A DNA stretch of 63,247 nucleotides, filler included, from Octopus bimaculoides (Eukaryota): assembly GCF_001194135.2 (NCBI RefSeq). It is 5 parts of 5 records of this genome, joined end to end, with 100 filler letters (N's around TTAATTAATTAA, not from the genome) between each part and the next. Parts side by side here need not be neighbours in the genome. Positions count along the whole stretch, not along the records: positions 60,228 to 63,247 come from NC_069000.1; 4 more parts are not named here. One strand, written 5' to 3'. The notes beneath the pieces were generated by a model. The model worked only from the letters and a program-made list of their open reading frames with translations, did not search any database and was not told where the DNA came from. Below, piece by piece: positions 62,575 to 63,247 of the stretch. Every line of letters starts with the position of its first letter. Within the stretch, counting starts at the first letter, position 1. A program made the position numbers and the translations under genes.

Positions 62575-62724
62575 CAGTGGTTCTCAACCATTTTTTACCT
62601 ATGGACCTCTTTGATTCCTATTTCACTTTGTTGGATACCCAGAGCCATTCCATGTGTGTATGTAATTTATTGTACATGAATTTTAACAGCAAAGTCTTAT
62701 ATGGACCCCGGTTGAGAACCACTG
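62575..62724. mobile_element. hAT (Charlie-like) MITE
   Basis: Perfect TIR CAGTGGTTCTCAACC / GGTTGAGAACCACTG; flanks ATATACAG / ATATTGAG. Confidence 0.8.
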
Positions 62725-63198
62725 ATATTGAGGCACCCTCTGTACTTAGTTAACCTTATTAGTCCTTAAAATTTAGTCCATTCCCTCTCATCCCCCTTGA
62801 AAACGAGAGGCTATGAGCTTTACTTATTTTCTTTTTTAATGTAACAAACTAATTCAAATGAAAGCAAATAAATTCATTCATAAATTTCATAGAATTATTT
62901 TTACTGAAATTACATCAATGGAGAAATCTAGTGGCTGTTGCAATATAATTAATACTATTAATTGTTCCTACTCAATTAATTAGATTATTTATGCATGCAC
63001 GCTGAGTTCTGTTTTATACCAGCGTCAAGATTATCTTTTAAACTAATTAATACGGGATGTGGTTGCATTAAGCCTAATCTGAACTGCTTTTCGAACGAGC
63101 TAAGAGAAGGTTTCTTAAATTTCTATTTCCGCGCATATGTGTGTACGTGTGTATGTATCTATGTATGCGTGAATATGTGTGGGTGTGTATATATAATG

Positions 63199-63247
<49 letters not shown>

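Overview
This is AT-rich eukaryotic DNA dominated by microsatellites, gaps and transposons. The repeat families resemble those of Octopus; this is inferred from recognition, not from a search. Four 100-bp spacers (44 N + TTAATTAATTAA + 44 N) mark artificial scaffold joins, so the window is five pieces whose order and orientation are not guaranteed. The only recognisable host gene is an intronless effector caspase (caspase-3/7-like, 12841-13707). It has an intact catalytic His/Cys, no frameshifts and a strong Kozak start, but carries two in-frame stops (TAG, TGA) exactly at the two conserved Trp codons of the small subunit. Both stops would be restored by single A-to-G changes, so an A-to-I-editing-gated caspase is a testable hypothesis in a cephalopod. 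An ordinary pseudogene remains at least as likely, because the S1 Arg is also lost. The rest of the window is mobile DNA: about 30 tRNA-derived SINE copies, RTE/Rex3, Tx1/L1, HERO and Penelope-like retroelements, Tc1 (including a DD36E type), maT, Tigger/pogo and several MITEs. Other notable observations are a SINE subfamily sharing its 3' tail with Tx1/L1 LINEs in this window, a repeat family carrying covarying minimal hammerhead ribozymes, a tRNA-like core inside a 27-bp inverted repeat, and a YY1/NRF1/ETS promoter-like cassette enclosed by pogo-type TIRs. All coordinates and identities were read by eye; repeat boundaries are approximate.
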